This document shows, piece by piece, positions 25,749 through 38,776 of a stretch of DNA of 64,000 bases (positions are counted from its first letter, which is position 1; each line of letters starts with the position of its first letter). The notes under the pieces are model-generated. The model ran no database searches, was not told the origin of the DNA, and saw nothing but the letters and a program-made list of their open reading frames with translations. The stretch is from assembly GCA_009103225.1 (NCBI GenBank), contig RHPI01002048.1:62001-126000 (forward strand), in the 5' to 3' direction. This DNA comes from Chlorokybus atmophyticus. Lineage: Eukaryota; Plantae; Mesostigma and Chlorokybus algae. The translations under genes were made by a program, and so were the position numbers.

Positions 25749-26979
25749 TGCTGCAGCAAGCTATTGCTGAAGTGCTCTTCTCTTCAAGCTGGGACGCTGT
25801 GTTCCAGCAGCCTCATTGCTCAGTGGTGGCTTGTTATCTGGCGAACAGCCACTCGTCAGATCAGGCAGGCAGCGTCACATCATGCAAGCATCCAGTCGAC
25901 AGCACCACAGTCGCAACCACCAAACGCTTCTGTTAGCTGCGTGCAACACTGTTGCTATGTAAACGGAAGCTCCACCGACTGCTTCAATCGTTTGAACTAG
26001 TCGGTGGATGCTAGCACTGATAGAGGACATCAGCAAAATCTTCATCTCAGCTCGTCTCCTCAAAGCAACATGTGCTTGCTGCGTCGCTGACACGACACAC
26101 ATAGACTTCTTGCATACCATAGATTTTGTGGCTGTGGAGTATAGAACTATCCTCTTTCATGCCTGTCTTGCTGCAGACTCTGATCAACAGAACAGCAAGG
26201 TGACAGCTGAAATACAGCTTTACTGCAGCCAGTATTGGCTGGCATGCACTCAGTTAAGATGATCTGATGAGGCCGCAGCACAGGGCAAAATTTTGTTACC
26301 ATACTGTAGGAAAGGTGCCGAAAGCTTGAAGCACAAGCATCTATGCTAGTACATAAACAGGCGCATAGCAAGCTCCAACAAGCTCAACGCTGTTGCTGCC
26401 TGTTTGACAGTCAAACAGAGCAGTACAACAGCTGGTCACGTTGCATTCAGCACGTAGTGCAGCGCCAGTGACCATTAGGCAGCTCCTACCACAGTGACAT
26501 GACACGACAGCTGGCAAACTGCAAGTCAACCATTGAACACTCCAGCCACGCAGAGCACCGCTGCGTCCCACCTCTCTCGCACCCACGTTGCCTAGGCTCT
26601 CCTCCAGTCAAGCCACTCCTTCATCACAAGTCACCACGCACTTAGACACACAGTTCTTCCAAACGTGCTGCACACAACCGCCGCCGCCGCCGTCGCACCA
26701 GCAGCCTGACGCCTGACTCCCTGCTGAAACACGTGCAAACGCCGCAGAAAGCTAAGCGTACTATTTTTCCAAAAAGCAAAGGGCTGACTTGCGGACAAAG
26801 TCGCTTCGGGCATTGATGTCGCTTCGATTCAGTTCCTTGCTGCCATCTTGGTTTGGCTTTCTCGGAAAACACAATTCGCTCCGTGGATTACGTTTGGCTT
26901 CCGCCAGCGAGCTTAATATAGCTTAGGCCAGGCTGCTGGTTGCGCGGGAAGGGGCGGCGGGGCAGAGGTGACGGCGGCG

Positions 26980-28658
26980 ATGGAGCTGTTGAGGGCGAGA
27001 ATGGGGGCGTGGAGGGCGGAGGCTAGGGCTCGAAAGTTGTTTGACAGGGCGCAGTCGCTGGCCACCGAGGCGCTGCCGCTCTCGTGGGAGGATCTGGCCA
27101 ATGCCTGCCAGCAGGTGAGCGACGATGAAGTACTCATCAGGGGGCTTGCGCTCAGCTGCATACTGACTAGCCCTACACCTGCATCACTGATGCGAGCGTT
27201 TCCATGCCCACATTCAAACATACAATCTCAGCGACGAAGCAATGTTCTGTGCGTTTGTATTCACAAGTTCAGTAGAGGCTGCTGAGCAGCTGAACGCCAA
27301 CAACAGCGACAGCATGGCGGCGAGCGTTAAATATTTGTTATTAGCTGTCAGTGAAGGCACTGGTCTCAAACACTGCGACTGCTGCTGTCGTTTTTGGATT
27401 TTGCGAGCAGCACTGCGCATGTGACGAACAAATCAATGCCTGATTGGAGCCAAGTGACCTGGTACGAGTGGTAGCTAAGCAAGCACGCGATATTCTACTT
27501 GACCAGCATGCGCATTTTCCAGCAGCACCATCACCAAGCAGCTACTTTCTGGAAGCATACACAGCTAGTTTGCTGCTGCTCGACCAAGCAAGGCGCTGGA
27601 GAAAGCAGCAAACCGGTAGTGTACAACGTCAAAGCGACAGCTTTATTGACAGTTATGTCTCGGTTGGAAGCTGATGTCTCTTCATCACCCGCTGCTGTAT
27701 AACCACATCAGCAGCTATGCTACATCAGTGCAGCATGGCTGCTGGGGTTTTTGTACAGCAGCCAACCAGTTGTGTATAGTTTTTGGTAGCAAAACTCATT
27801 TTCAAGCTCAGCTCTTTTATCTCTCAGGAGTGGTCAGTAGACTGGACAGATGTGAGGACAGACAAGGATGCGGCGATAGGGCGGTTGAGAGAGCGAGCAA
27901 TGCTTATGCGCGACAACCCTAAATCTTTTGAGCAGTTTTGGGGCTGTGCAGTGGGCGAAAGCAACATCCCCACCGGCGCCGACGCCACTAGAGAGGACGA
28001 TCCGGCCAAAGCCGGCATTGCATACTTGGAGCAGCACAGACTGCCCGCCCTGTTTGAGGTGTGTTCATGTGCGCGCAGGTGTGTTCATGTGCATGTGTGT
28101 ATGTGTGTGTTACAGTGCTGCTCAGTTCAAACACACACAGCCTCTCAACATCGTTGTTCCTGTGCAGTACATGACCGCAGCACTGCTATTTTTTCGGCCG
28201 CACGACCCGAAGAGCTTTCTTGCGCAGCTGCTTAGCAACCTGCAAGCCTCTTACACACGCGTAAGTTGTGACACTGCCACGCCTGTCTACGTTAGCGCAG
28301 CTCCGCATGAAAGCTACCACTCACTAGCAGTTGCGACAGGCTGATGAATTCTTCACCGACACGGACGCAGCCATCATGTTTGGGATGTTTGACATCAGCA
28401 ACCGAGGGTGGATTACTGTAGACCAGGTAACATCATGTGTGCCCATAGTATTATTGTGCCGGTCTGCTGCCAAAACAACAAATACATGATGGTTGTTGTC
28501 GTTGTCTGCAGTGCAATGAGGCCCTCAGCTGTTTGGGCTGTTCGGCGGCCAACGCCCGTAGTGAGAAGCTTGCAGGACCGAGCATCCAACGGCTTGATGC
28601 GGGCGCATTCGTCCGCGTCTGCAGAGCGGCACTGTTGGAATCCGCTGCTCTTGCTTGA
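26980..28658 (+). CDS. EFCAB10-like protein (RIIa-like dimerisation motif plus EF hand) with a long unassigned N-terminal extension
   Basis: GIAYLEQHRLPALFE|YMTAALLFFRPHDPKSFLAQLL and FFTDTDAAIMFGMFDISNRGWITVDQ|CNEAL resemble EFCAB10 (YLE.H…L.AALLF.RP..P…; F.D..I..MF.M.D…G.I). Last exon ends TGA 28656-28658. Confidence 0.72.
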
Positions 28659-28704
28659 CGACATTGTTGTGCACAAAACGGGCGTTGTGTGTGTGTGTGT
28701 GAGG

Positions 28705-29001
28705 NNNNNNNNNNNNNNNNNNNNNNNNNNNNNNNNNNNNNNNNNNNNNNNNNNNNNNNNNNNNNNNNNNNNNNNNNNNNNNNNNNNNNNNNNNNNNNNN
28801 NNNNNNNNNNNNNNNNNNNNNNNNNNNNNNNNNNNNNNNNNNNNNNNNNNNNNNNNNNNNNNNNNNNNNNNNNNNNNNNNNNNNNNNNNNNNNNNNNNNN
28901 NNNNNNNNNNNNNNNNNNNNNNNNNNNNNNNNNNNNNNNNNNNNNNNNNNNNNNNNNNNNNNNNNNNNNNNNNNNNNNNNNNNNNNNNNNNNNNNNNNNN
29001 N
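28705..29001. other. Assembly gap (N run) after a (GT)n microsatellite
   Basis: Run of N seen directly. Confidence 0.99.
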
Positions 29002-29518
29002 NGGGGGCGCAAATCATATGTATATAGTCCATTATTGAACAGTGGGACATCTGCAATACCTGACAATGACAATCGTGCCATGCAGTTGGTACAATTGCTA
29101 GCGCATGCGCACCATCTCATCTTAGACTGCTGAGTTTGACCGCACGTATGCGAATGTCGCAGGGCCATCTGCTGTGTAACTGCGAACGGCGTTTTCATCA
29201 CATCCTGCATGTCAACACACTATGTTCTGCCCTTGTATGAAGTGCCAAGCTCCAATGGCTTCAACACAGTGCAAGAGCGTTGAGCTAGCAGAGCTCAGCT
29301 CGTTGCTCTTGATATTCACCCGCGATCTCAGCCGCTGCTTTGCATCAACAGGACGTCACGAAGCAGAGCCAGGCCTGGCAATCGTAGCTACCGTAGCTCC
29401 TCTAGGCCCTAGTACAGAGTCCAAACCGCGAGACACGAAAGGGCGCTAAAGGGCCCTGAGCGTCGCCCTGGCTATTAGCATCATGCTGCTCGCGCGCACT
29501 CACAATCGCCAATTATTA

Positions 29519-29527
29519 TTAGGGTTT
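29519..29527 (-). promoter_or_regulatory. Telo-box in the 5' region of the TRF4-like gene
   Basis: TTAGGGTTT about 50 bp upstream of the ATG at 29576. Confidence 0.5.
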
Positions 29528-29575
29528 TGGGCGCAGGGCGCGGCGGTGTTGCCGCTGGCGGCGGCATCAGGCGCC

Positions 29576-32104
29576 ATGCAGGGCGGCGGCAGGGGTGCTA
29601 GGAGGAGGGCGGCCGTGGTCGCGGTGCAGGAGAAGGTTGTTGCTGCCGTTGATGATGGTGACGAGCAGGCTGTGCAGTTCCTCTACGACAGCACCGTGGC
29701 GCTCGGGAACGGCGCTGGTGATGACGATGAGGCGGGGATCTTGCGGCCCTCTGGGCTCCCTGTCGACGGCGACGACGACGACAGCGATGAGGCCGCCGCC
29801 GGTGTTGCCAACACCTTTCAGGACGAGGACGAGGACGAGGACGAGTTTTTGGCCCTCCCCAGCTCCCCTGTTGCTGGTACACAAACACCGCATGTATGTT
29901 AGTGGTGTGCATTAGGCTGCCGTAGCCTGTGCGTGGTGTTGTGCAAACCACATTGCCTGTGTGTGATTTCAGTTCCCAGCACAAACTTCAATCGTTGGGT
30001 TGCGGCAACCTTATGCTTTGGGAGGCAGCTTATGGCCTGCACGTTTGGCTTTGTTCCAACCACAACACCAGTCAGTAGAAACATAAGCAAACCTATTAGC
30101 AAACTTGAACACGACCTTTAGTTCTTGGGGCAAATTTCGACTCATTTGTTACGGACTTGGTGAAGTCTTCAATTGATTGACTTGGTGTTGCTTTCAATTT
30201 TGAGATTACTTGCCCGCCCAGTGTCGCTGCAATGTCGTAGTAGTGGCGTTTAATGGCATGCACCAGTTAGTACTCAACCATACTAGAGCTTGTATACTAC
30301 ATGTGTCTGCTGGCTGTGTATAACGCCAGTTAGGTTGGGCTACTTGTGTGGTGAGCTGTGCATCCCACAGGCTTGGTCGCAACTCCGGTCAAGGAACTGT
30401 CGCCAGAGCCCGACTATCATCTAAGTAGTGGGGGACTGAGGGCAGGGGCGCCGCCATGGCGCTGTACTGATACAAGAGGCATACGCAGCCCGCTGCTCTG
30501 CTTGCACCAGGACATAGTCGACTTAAACAGGTTCATGAAGCCTTCTGAAGATGAAGCCGCTGCTCGGGAAGCGGCAGTCGACCGCGTCCGAACGGTTGTG
30601 ACCAACATCTGGCCTTCAGCTAAGGTTTGCCGTCAGCGTAGCTTCTGTAAGAAAGCCTGTCTATTGCAAGGTGAACAGACAGCAGTCTCGTGCATGCTGT
30701 CAGTAATCCACCATGTTGTTCCAAAGTAGCTTGAGGTGCACGGGTCCTACGCAACGGGACTCTATCTACCGACTAGCGACATTGATGTCGTCATCCTCAA
30801 CTCCGCATGCGTCACACCTGTGGACGGACTCCGCGCTCTTGGCAATGCGCTTGCGAGGCGCAACATGGTCAAGAACTTGCAGGTGTGAGATGTAAATCGC
30901 GCTTGAAAATATATTGCAACCGCGCACAACACGCTGACAATTCTTTTCTTAGGTCATTGCCAAGGCTAAAGTCCCGATCGTGAAGTTTACTGAGCTTCCG
31001 AGCAACATTGCATTTGACGTGAGCTTTGACATGCTGAATGGGGCAGAGGCAGTCGGCTTTGTGAAGCAGATGGTGGAGCAGATGCCTGCATTGAAGCCGC
31101 TATGCCTCGTGCTGAAGCTATTCCTGCAGCAGCGCGAGCTGAATGAAGTGTACAGCGGCGGCATTGGCTCGTACGCGCTCATCATCATGCTCATCGCTCA
31201 CCTGCAGCTGGTTTCCAGTCGTAGGAAACTGCAGCGGCTTGATGGCAACCTTGGCATGCTTTTGCTGGAGTTCTTCCAGCTGTATGGAGTCAGCCTCAAT
31301 ATTTACAGTGTGGGTGTTTCTTGCCGAAAAGGCGGTGCGTTCTTTCGGAAGCACGATCGGGACATGGTGAATGCCGATAGACCGCATCTGCTAGCTGTTG
31401 AGGATCCCCAAGACCCCACGAATGATGTTGGTCGCAACTCTTACAATGTCTTTAAAGTGCGCTCCGCCTTTGAGTTCGCTCACCAGCAGCTGATGGCGCC
31501 TTCAGAGAGTGCACCTTTTGGCCTGGAGCGCATACTTCACTCAGACAAGTTGCTGCGCGACAGAGCCAGTAAACTGCAGGTATGCGCACAAACATCGTGT
31601 TGCTCAATCAGGTTGCTTTATGTATGTCTTCCACCGGTTCCCTCTCTGCATGCGTGGTGTTGTGCTTGCGGTGTAGCCGTGTGATAGCGGACATCTGGCG
31701 ATATGTGCGCTGCAGTTAGTAGTGCTCGTTTATAATAAGATATGTCCTACATATGCATGCAACAGCAGTTAATGAGCGTTGACTTGCAGTGGGGTATTGC
31801 CTTGGATGCTGTAAGAGCGGAAGTTGAAGATGGAGAATGGGGTGCAGCTGAGCCAGAGGCTCTGTTGCCAGCATACCAGCCGCGCGGTAGTGGAAAGCCT
31901 TCTTCCAGCAAGCGTGATAAGTCGATGGCGTCCGAGGACAATGGCCATTCCAGTAAAAGCAAACGCCGGCGTAGAGGAGAAGAGGAAGAGCGTGTATCGA
32001 AGCACCACAGCAAAAGGCATCACAGTAATAGCAGCCCTCGCAACCGGCGTCAACGCACCCCTTCTCCCGAACCGTACACAAAGTCTAAGCGAAGGAGGCG
32101 TTGA
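29576..32104 (+). CDS. Non-canonical poly(A) polymerase / terminal nucleotidyltransferase, TRF4/PAPD5 (TENT4)-like
   Basis: LHQDIVDLNRFMKPS…LEVHGSYATGLYLPTSDIDVVI…VIAKAKVPIVKF…FDVSF…VLKLFLQQRELNEVYSGGIGSYAL…GNLGMLLLEFFQLYG…LAVEDPQDPTNDVGRNSY. It carries the GS/DxD Pol-beta NTase and PAP-associated motifs, plus an Arg/Lys/Ser-rich C-terminus. Confidence 0.95.
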
Positions 32105-32396
32105 GTCTGTTGCATGTGCTCATACGCATGCTGAATAAGCATTGGGATGGTCTGTATACAATGGCACAGACCGCATCATGAATGCTACTAAGTTGGTCTC
32201 ATGGTGAGACAAAGTGTCGAAGGCTGCAACCTGCAGCGCTCTGTGTTGGCTTGCTGAGCTGTTTGCAGTTGAGACAAGGCCAGTTGTACCTGACAACCGA
32301 GAACATCTTACCATCCATGCATTCAACGCCCATACACTTCAGAAGCAGTTAGGAGTAGGCGAAGCAATCTAGTGGCCAGGCAGCGGTATGGTTTTA

Positions 32397-32570
32397 TTGG
32401 GCAAAGGCTAGCAATTAGTCCGCTGTCAAGAAATGTGCAAGCAACAAAGTCAGCATGCATGTAATCTCGTAATTATTATTGGTTGGGCAAAGGCTAGAAA
32501 CTAGTCGGTTATCAAGTAGCGTGCAAGCAACAAAGTCAGCATGCAAATCTTAAATTGATTATGATTGGGC
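32397..32570. repeat. Diverged ~86-bp tandem repeat (2 units plus a partial third)
   Basis: TTGGGCAAAGGCTAG…GTGCAAGCAACAAAGTCAGCATGCA at 32397 and 32483; TTGGGCATAGG at 32565. Confidence 0.85.
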
Positions 32571-33831
32571 ATAGGCCTGCCAACGCTTGCATAACCACGG
32601 TAATGCAGGATATGAGACTAGGCCTGCTGGTGCTTCACTACTAGCTATGCGCTGGCGCATAGCCAGTATTAAAGCAGTGAGCTCCGAGTCTAAGAAAGAG
32701 TCACAGCTATACCCCCCCCTCCCCCAAACGCTAACACAACAACGCAAATGCTATACCTAGCCTCTTGGCCTTGCGTCCTTTACATAGTTACCACGGCAAC
32801 GCCAAGCATGTAGTGGCTGCCCTACAAGCACCACGCGCTACTGTTTGACCATGACCATGGGAATGCCAACTGTATTGGTATTACCACAACACAAGAACAT
32901 CAAACACGGTGTCCATGCCTAACTCACCAATCAATTCAACACGACATCATCGCTCTAGCGCTGCACTGAAACAATTGCGTTAGCAACTACGATGCTTCTG
33001 CGAGGACATGGTCAATTTAATTTTTCTGCCTGTATCCATCGTATTCATTGAATTCAACTATTATGAAGCCAACAAACCGGAGTGGAGCGCTGCTTGTTGC
33101 AGCTTCATGCTACATATGAGGTATGGTAGAAACATGCACCATACCACGGTAGATTGAGGTGACCCCAAACTACCATACGCCAGCTAAACCGCACGCATGC
33201 TCAGGAAACTTAAGACTATGTTAGAGGTACAACCATTAACCTATCTAATAGCCCAACTATGTGTATGCGTCACGCATGGCGATCGATGCAATTGCCGCCG
33301 ATTTGGGGCACGCAATGCAGGGGGACGATCCGCAAGCATTTAGTGAGCGTGTAAGTTCAACCGACTTGGGTAGCAGTGGAACGCAGTGTACTTACTGGCA
33401 TGCTGTGTTGTGCTTTGCAGTAGTGTGCAGGACCTCGGCCTCTACGCCCTCATTGATTGTAAGGGGGGGGGGGGGGGGGGGGGGCTTCGTTCATAACGGG
33501 TGTATTCAGGCAATTACGTCAGCGTTAACATTTTTATGGGTTTATACTATGGCTGTTCTTGATCTGGTCTATTGCCGCAGTAGATCTAGACCATAAGTGC
33601 GGCGCCCATTATGAAGGAATTATATATTTTCAATTTATATTCATAAGTCCGCTATATGAATATAAAATATAAGTCATGGTCGATGATTCATAGACTGCTT
33701 GCAAGCCTTGGCAAAAGCTTTGCAAGTGACGGATAATATGGTCGAGTGCATACTATGAAATAGTATAATATACCGCTTGCAAGTAAAGTTATCTTACTAA
33801 AAAAACCATAATATTATGCTAAATCCCTTAA

Positions 33832-34457
33832 CACTAGGGACGTAAATGTACACTTAAGTGTACATGTACACTTGAGTGTACATATTAATGGCCCTCCTTT
33901 GCACGGCCTTTTTGGCTGGTGGTGATGTGACATATCGTTGGATAGCTCTCGGCGTGACGTGTCGAGGACAAGTAACCGCGTCGTAATCGGCGCTGTGGTT
34001 TGAAAGTTATGCATTCTGATGTCTGATACTGTGATTAGGGTTTGCTGATCGGACCCGTCGAAGGACCCGGCGGGTTCACTCAAATAGGAATAATTGTTTA
34101 TGAAGTAGGAATCTTGTGACAAGTTGCTTATGAAAGTTGTTCTACACGACGAGAGCTATCCAACGAGCTCATAAATGCCGCGGATCGAATTCCTACAAAC
34201 GCAGCCGTAAGGACACTTTGAAGGCCCTTGCATAACTGTACACAAAAGTGTACAATGACTTTTGCCATTTTGATCGCTTACCAAGGTGTAACTTGTAACA
34301 CAAATGGCCAATCAAACAGAAAGTTTGCACACAAATTGCTCACAATGTGTGTATGCAGTTTCAGCTTAAAAAATGTGAGGGTTTGCAATTGTTATGACAA
34401 TGCCCAGCATATGAGATAAATGTACACTTAAGTGTACATTTATCTACATCCCTAGTG
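33832..34457. mobile_element. 626-bp non-autonomous TIR element flanked by TTAA (piggyBac-like MITE)
   Basis: TTAA|CACTAGGGA … TCCCTAGTG|TTAA. Subterminal inverted TAAATGTACACTTAAGTGTACAT copies sit after asymmetric spacers (2 vs 6 bp). Internal 16-bp IR at 33936-33951 / 34150-34165. No ORF. Confidence 0.8.
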
Positions 34458-36718
34458 TTAACAACATCAATATCATAATTGTTGTGGCATGCATACAATA
34501 ATATTGTTGTATGCCATCGGCATGTATGCATGTAACATAGCGCCACATACACACGGCCCCGGCAAGGTGCGGACAAAGGGTTGAAATTAGCTATATAGTA
34601 ATATGGCAAACATAAAGCATAGCCCACAAGCACTCCAACATACATTTCTGCGTGCAAAACTTCAAAAAGCAACAAAAGACATTAAACACACACCCGGGTG
34701 GGGGCCATTAGACTAGGCTAACTTAGCATAGTGCATGGTGCACTATAATTACATTGAAAAAAGCATCAGAGCAGGGATGCCACATGCATGCGGTCTGGAT
34801 CCAAGAGGTCAAGGCAGAACGTCATCTGTCCATAGCATGCAAAGGGGTTAGCAAAGCCCTTGCCACAGAGCAGCATGCACGACTCGGCTGCTATGGCCAT
34901 CAAGAGTTGCGCCCGCCACTAGCGACTTTGCTAAACCAGTGGTCCACTGCCATCCCGAGTGGCAACGGAGCCATTCTGGCACAACGGTTGTATGATTAGC
35001 GAGAGGATGGAAGCGCACATTGTAAACCGCGGGCATCAGCACAGCATGGCATGTTTGATGCGCATGAAACATGCAGCCACATTGAATGATAGCCGCAGCA
35101 TGCCACAGTCGGCAGTTGCCCACGCAGCAACTTGCTAACTGTGATGCTATACTTCAAGTGACCATGGGCTAGGGACTGAGGGTCGCCTTCAGCTGGTTAT
35201 AGTAGTGGCTGTTGGGCTAGCGATGGTTTACCATAGACGCTGATATGTGATGTACATATTGCATACCATAGCATAACACATCATATCCCGAACTTGAGCT
35301 TATGTCATACATACATATGCTTGATGCACGCGCATTACATTCGCATTTGCATAAGTATAATTCGTACTCTTATGCGAGTAGTTTATCCGCTCCGCGCACC
35401 CAGCATACGAACAATTGCATGTAACCGTTGGTTAATTGCCTAGCTGGTATGCAAGCAAAGAACATTCGAACCAACCTAGTGCAGACCTCCATAAGGCCTC
35501 AAACGGTTTTATAACCGAGTTACGATAGCGTAGTACGGCGGCTTGGTTGTTTTAAACAAGCAGAGGCTCTCAGAAGGCTTATATTATGATAAACGTTGAT
35601 GGCAGGGGCGGCTGAAACGCAGAAGGTGCAGCACATGTACATCGCACGCACATTATGCGTAATATTGCCAACCTCGCTCACCTACAGCTAAACTCACATT
35701 TACACATTGTTGCCATGCTTTACTCAACTGTACCACATCCCTTTAAGGGGCCGACTATGTGCACCACTGCCCTCTGCTTCACATTGAATATGCAATCGTA
35801 GTTATAATATCGTAAATAAGGTGCACATGTTAAGCTATACTTTGTGATGGTAAATCTGTATTGGTGCTTGCTGGATTGTGCTTGTCCATTATTTAGCATC
35901 AATGACTCGCATGAGCTCTCATTAACTCATATCATAAACACAATACACTATGAGCTGTGCATATGTGCACATATATGCATAAACACACGTTGAAAAAGCA
36001 TAAGGCACCATGTTATTACATAATGTGGTTGTATTACGCATGCTGATTGAACACTGAAAGTTGGCTTTAACTGATAGCGTTGGCTGATGATAACTGTTCA
36101 TACAGGGGTTGATGTGTGTTTACCTATCCCACGTTTGTTCAGCAGCATCCACACGCACGTGACACTAAATGCACTCTAGCTGCGACTCGCCTGCGACAGA
36201 TTTGCCTGCCACTCGCAGGATACGATTAGCCGCTGTGTCAGAACCAACCTCTGACGCAGACGGCGCCTGCAGGAGGGCAATTGTGCCAGACCAGACCGTT
36301 TCCGTGCGTGATTAAGACTCAAGTGGCATTGCTGATTGGCTGCCGAGGCCCAGTTGCTGACGCTTTTGTAGATACATGAAGATCTCCAAGCGTACTAAAC
36401 ATGGAATTGGAAGTACCCCACACTGCCAGTTGCTGCTGTACGGAGCGGCTTTAGCGGACCAAACCGCCGACATCTATGAGTCATCAGTAGCTGAACAACA
36501 AACATGCTGCCAGATCAAGCGCATAACATGTACCTTACAGTAGGTAGGCTACTGTGCGGCCTGCCTACCTGTAGGCGTACTCTCATTGAAGCTTCAAGCA
36601 TCTTGAAGCTCAACTCAAGAGGCTCGGAAAGGGTTAGGACCGAAATCATTGCTTCATGCGAGCGAGGGCAGCGTTTCCAGCCTCACACGTCTGAAGGGAC
36701 GGATGCGTCGTTGAAGGC

Positions 36719-38336
36719 ATGGCGGGCGGCGGCGGTGGTGGCAGGCTCGGCCTCCCCCTTCCGCTCGTCGTTCACGACGTTCTTGCGGAGGAGGATATCG
36801 GCTCTACGCGCGTCATTGTTGTCGGCGACATCCACGGTGAGAGCATGCTGGCTCTGGTATGTCAAACTTCGCAGGACCTTGTTGGGCAGAAGTAGCAGTC
36901 TCCTCCTCCACCTCCGCGTCCTTCACCTCCTCCTCCGTCTTGTCCAAACACCAGCTTGTTGTAACGGTTGTTTGCTTGCACAGGCTGCAATGAGGAGCTG
37001 GTGGATCTGCTGAAAAAGGTCGGCCGCAAAGACGACGACGTCGTTGTGTTTGTAGGCGACCTAGTCAACAAGGTGAGCACTTAGAGCACTTTGAACTCAG
37101 TGCGCGCGATGCCATTGTGCGCAGAAATTTGATTGTAATCAGAACCATCATCCGCTGCTGTTGCATCAAAGCGTCATTAGCTCAATTCTTTGGCTGCTCT
37201 CAAATGCACATCTAGAACAAGACTCGAGGACAGGGGCTTACGAGTTTGTCGATGCATTGTGCGTGCATATAAAACTTGATAGGTGTGCATGCAACTCCTC
37301 AGGGCCCAGGGTCGAGGCAGGTACTGCAGACGATTATGGCGTTGGGTTCGTGCGCCAGAACGGTGAGAGGCAACCATGACGATGCTGCGCTAGCCGCCGC
37401 ACTGCACCACAAGGGTAGGACTTTGCCTACTGTCCTACTTACACGTCAGTCACAAGCGTGTGTGTGCGCGTGCATGTGTGCGTGTGTCTCACATATCCTC
37501 TTTCCTTGCACGTGTACAGCAACCGGCGAGTCTCTCATGGGAAGTAAGTATGAGTGGGCAAGCGAGGCGACTGATGACGAGCTGAATTTTCTCTCGAACT
37601 TGCCTTATTCCTTGCGCATTCCTTCCCGCAACAGCATTGTGGTGGGTTGCACTCAGTTTAAACACACAGCAGCTCATGTAAACAGACCATGACCACCAGC
37701 CCTTGTATTAACAACAATACCTCACAGGTGCATGCCGGGCTGATTCCCGGCGTGCCGCTGGAGGAGCAGCGGCTGGACGACCTGTGCCAGATGCGCAATG
37801 TGGTCAACGCTTCTGAGATGAGCAGCAGCGATGTTGGGAGTGCCGAAGGCGTGTCCACACGCAGTAACAGGAGTGAGCAGCAGACGTCGACATCAGGCCA
37901 ACAACAAGAAGAGCAGCAACATTACGAGCAGCGCGCACCAGAAGGCCTCATTGGCATAGATGCCACCGACAAGGGCACCGCGTGGGCGGAGTTGTGGCGA
38001 GGACCTGAGCACGTGTACTTTGGGCATGACGCACCTAGGCGACTACAATGGTGAGAGCTTGGTTACCACTACCCTTGTGTGTGAACTTTTGTGACATATG
38101 TTACACTCATCAAAACCTTTGTCTGCAGTCATGAGTTCGCCACGGGGCTGGACACGGGCTGTTGTTATGGAGCGCAACTAACTGCGTGCATTTTACCCTC
38201 AAAGGAGGAGACTGGCATGCTGCGCGGCATGCTGGTGTCAGTTGCTGCGCGAAGCACTTACGAGAAACCCAAAAAGCTGCGGTCGGGGTATGGTCCGAAC
38301 GGAGTTGCAGGGTGGGGGCCGAACTCGCCCCCATGA
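36719..38336 (+). CDS. ApaH-like PPP-family metallophosphoesterase (ALPH / symmetrical Ap4A hydrolase-like)
   Basis: VIVVGDIHG|CNEEL…VFVGDLVNK|GPGS…VRGNHD…LSNLPYSLRIP…VHAGLIPG…WRGPEHVYFGHDA…ATGLDTGCCYGAQLTA, i.e. the full GDIHG/GDLVNKG/GNHD/HAG/FGH/LDTGC motif set. Confidence 0.93.
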
Positions 38337-38690
38337 AAGCCCATCAAACCCAGTGATATCAGTAGCTAGGGCCTTGAGATGACTGAATTGTTCGCTATGT
38401 AACAGTTCATCTGAAAGATATACATGTTGAGTCTTGCACGTGGTCAAGTTGTGTTGCTGCAAGCATCCTTAGAGAGCTAGGTCACAGTGTTTGGTACATT
38501 TTCGTCTGGTGAATTTAGCAAGGCAGCTGTTAACCAAGTGGTCCATAAAACACAAGCTGCATACGTTTACCATGCAGCTGTGCACCTTGTGTGCCAAACA
38601 AGGGCTCCCCACCACCATGTACCAAAGTTGTGCGAACACGCCCCCCCGGCCCCACATTTCAACACCTCATTGAAATACAAGGGGGGGGGG

Positions 38691-38776
38691 NNNNNNNNNN
38701 NNNNNNNNNNNNNNNNNNNNNNNNNNNNNNNNNNNNNNNNNNNNNNNNNNNNNNNNNNNNNNNNNNNNNNNNNNNN
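38691..38776. other. Assembly gap within a poly-G tract
   Basis: N run with G runs on both sides. Confidence 0.97.

Noticed and set aside
33195-33211. 17-bp identity GCATGCTCAGGAAACTT with 63269-63285
   Set aside because: A single match of this length is within chance expectation for 64 kb and does not extend.
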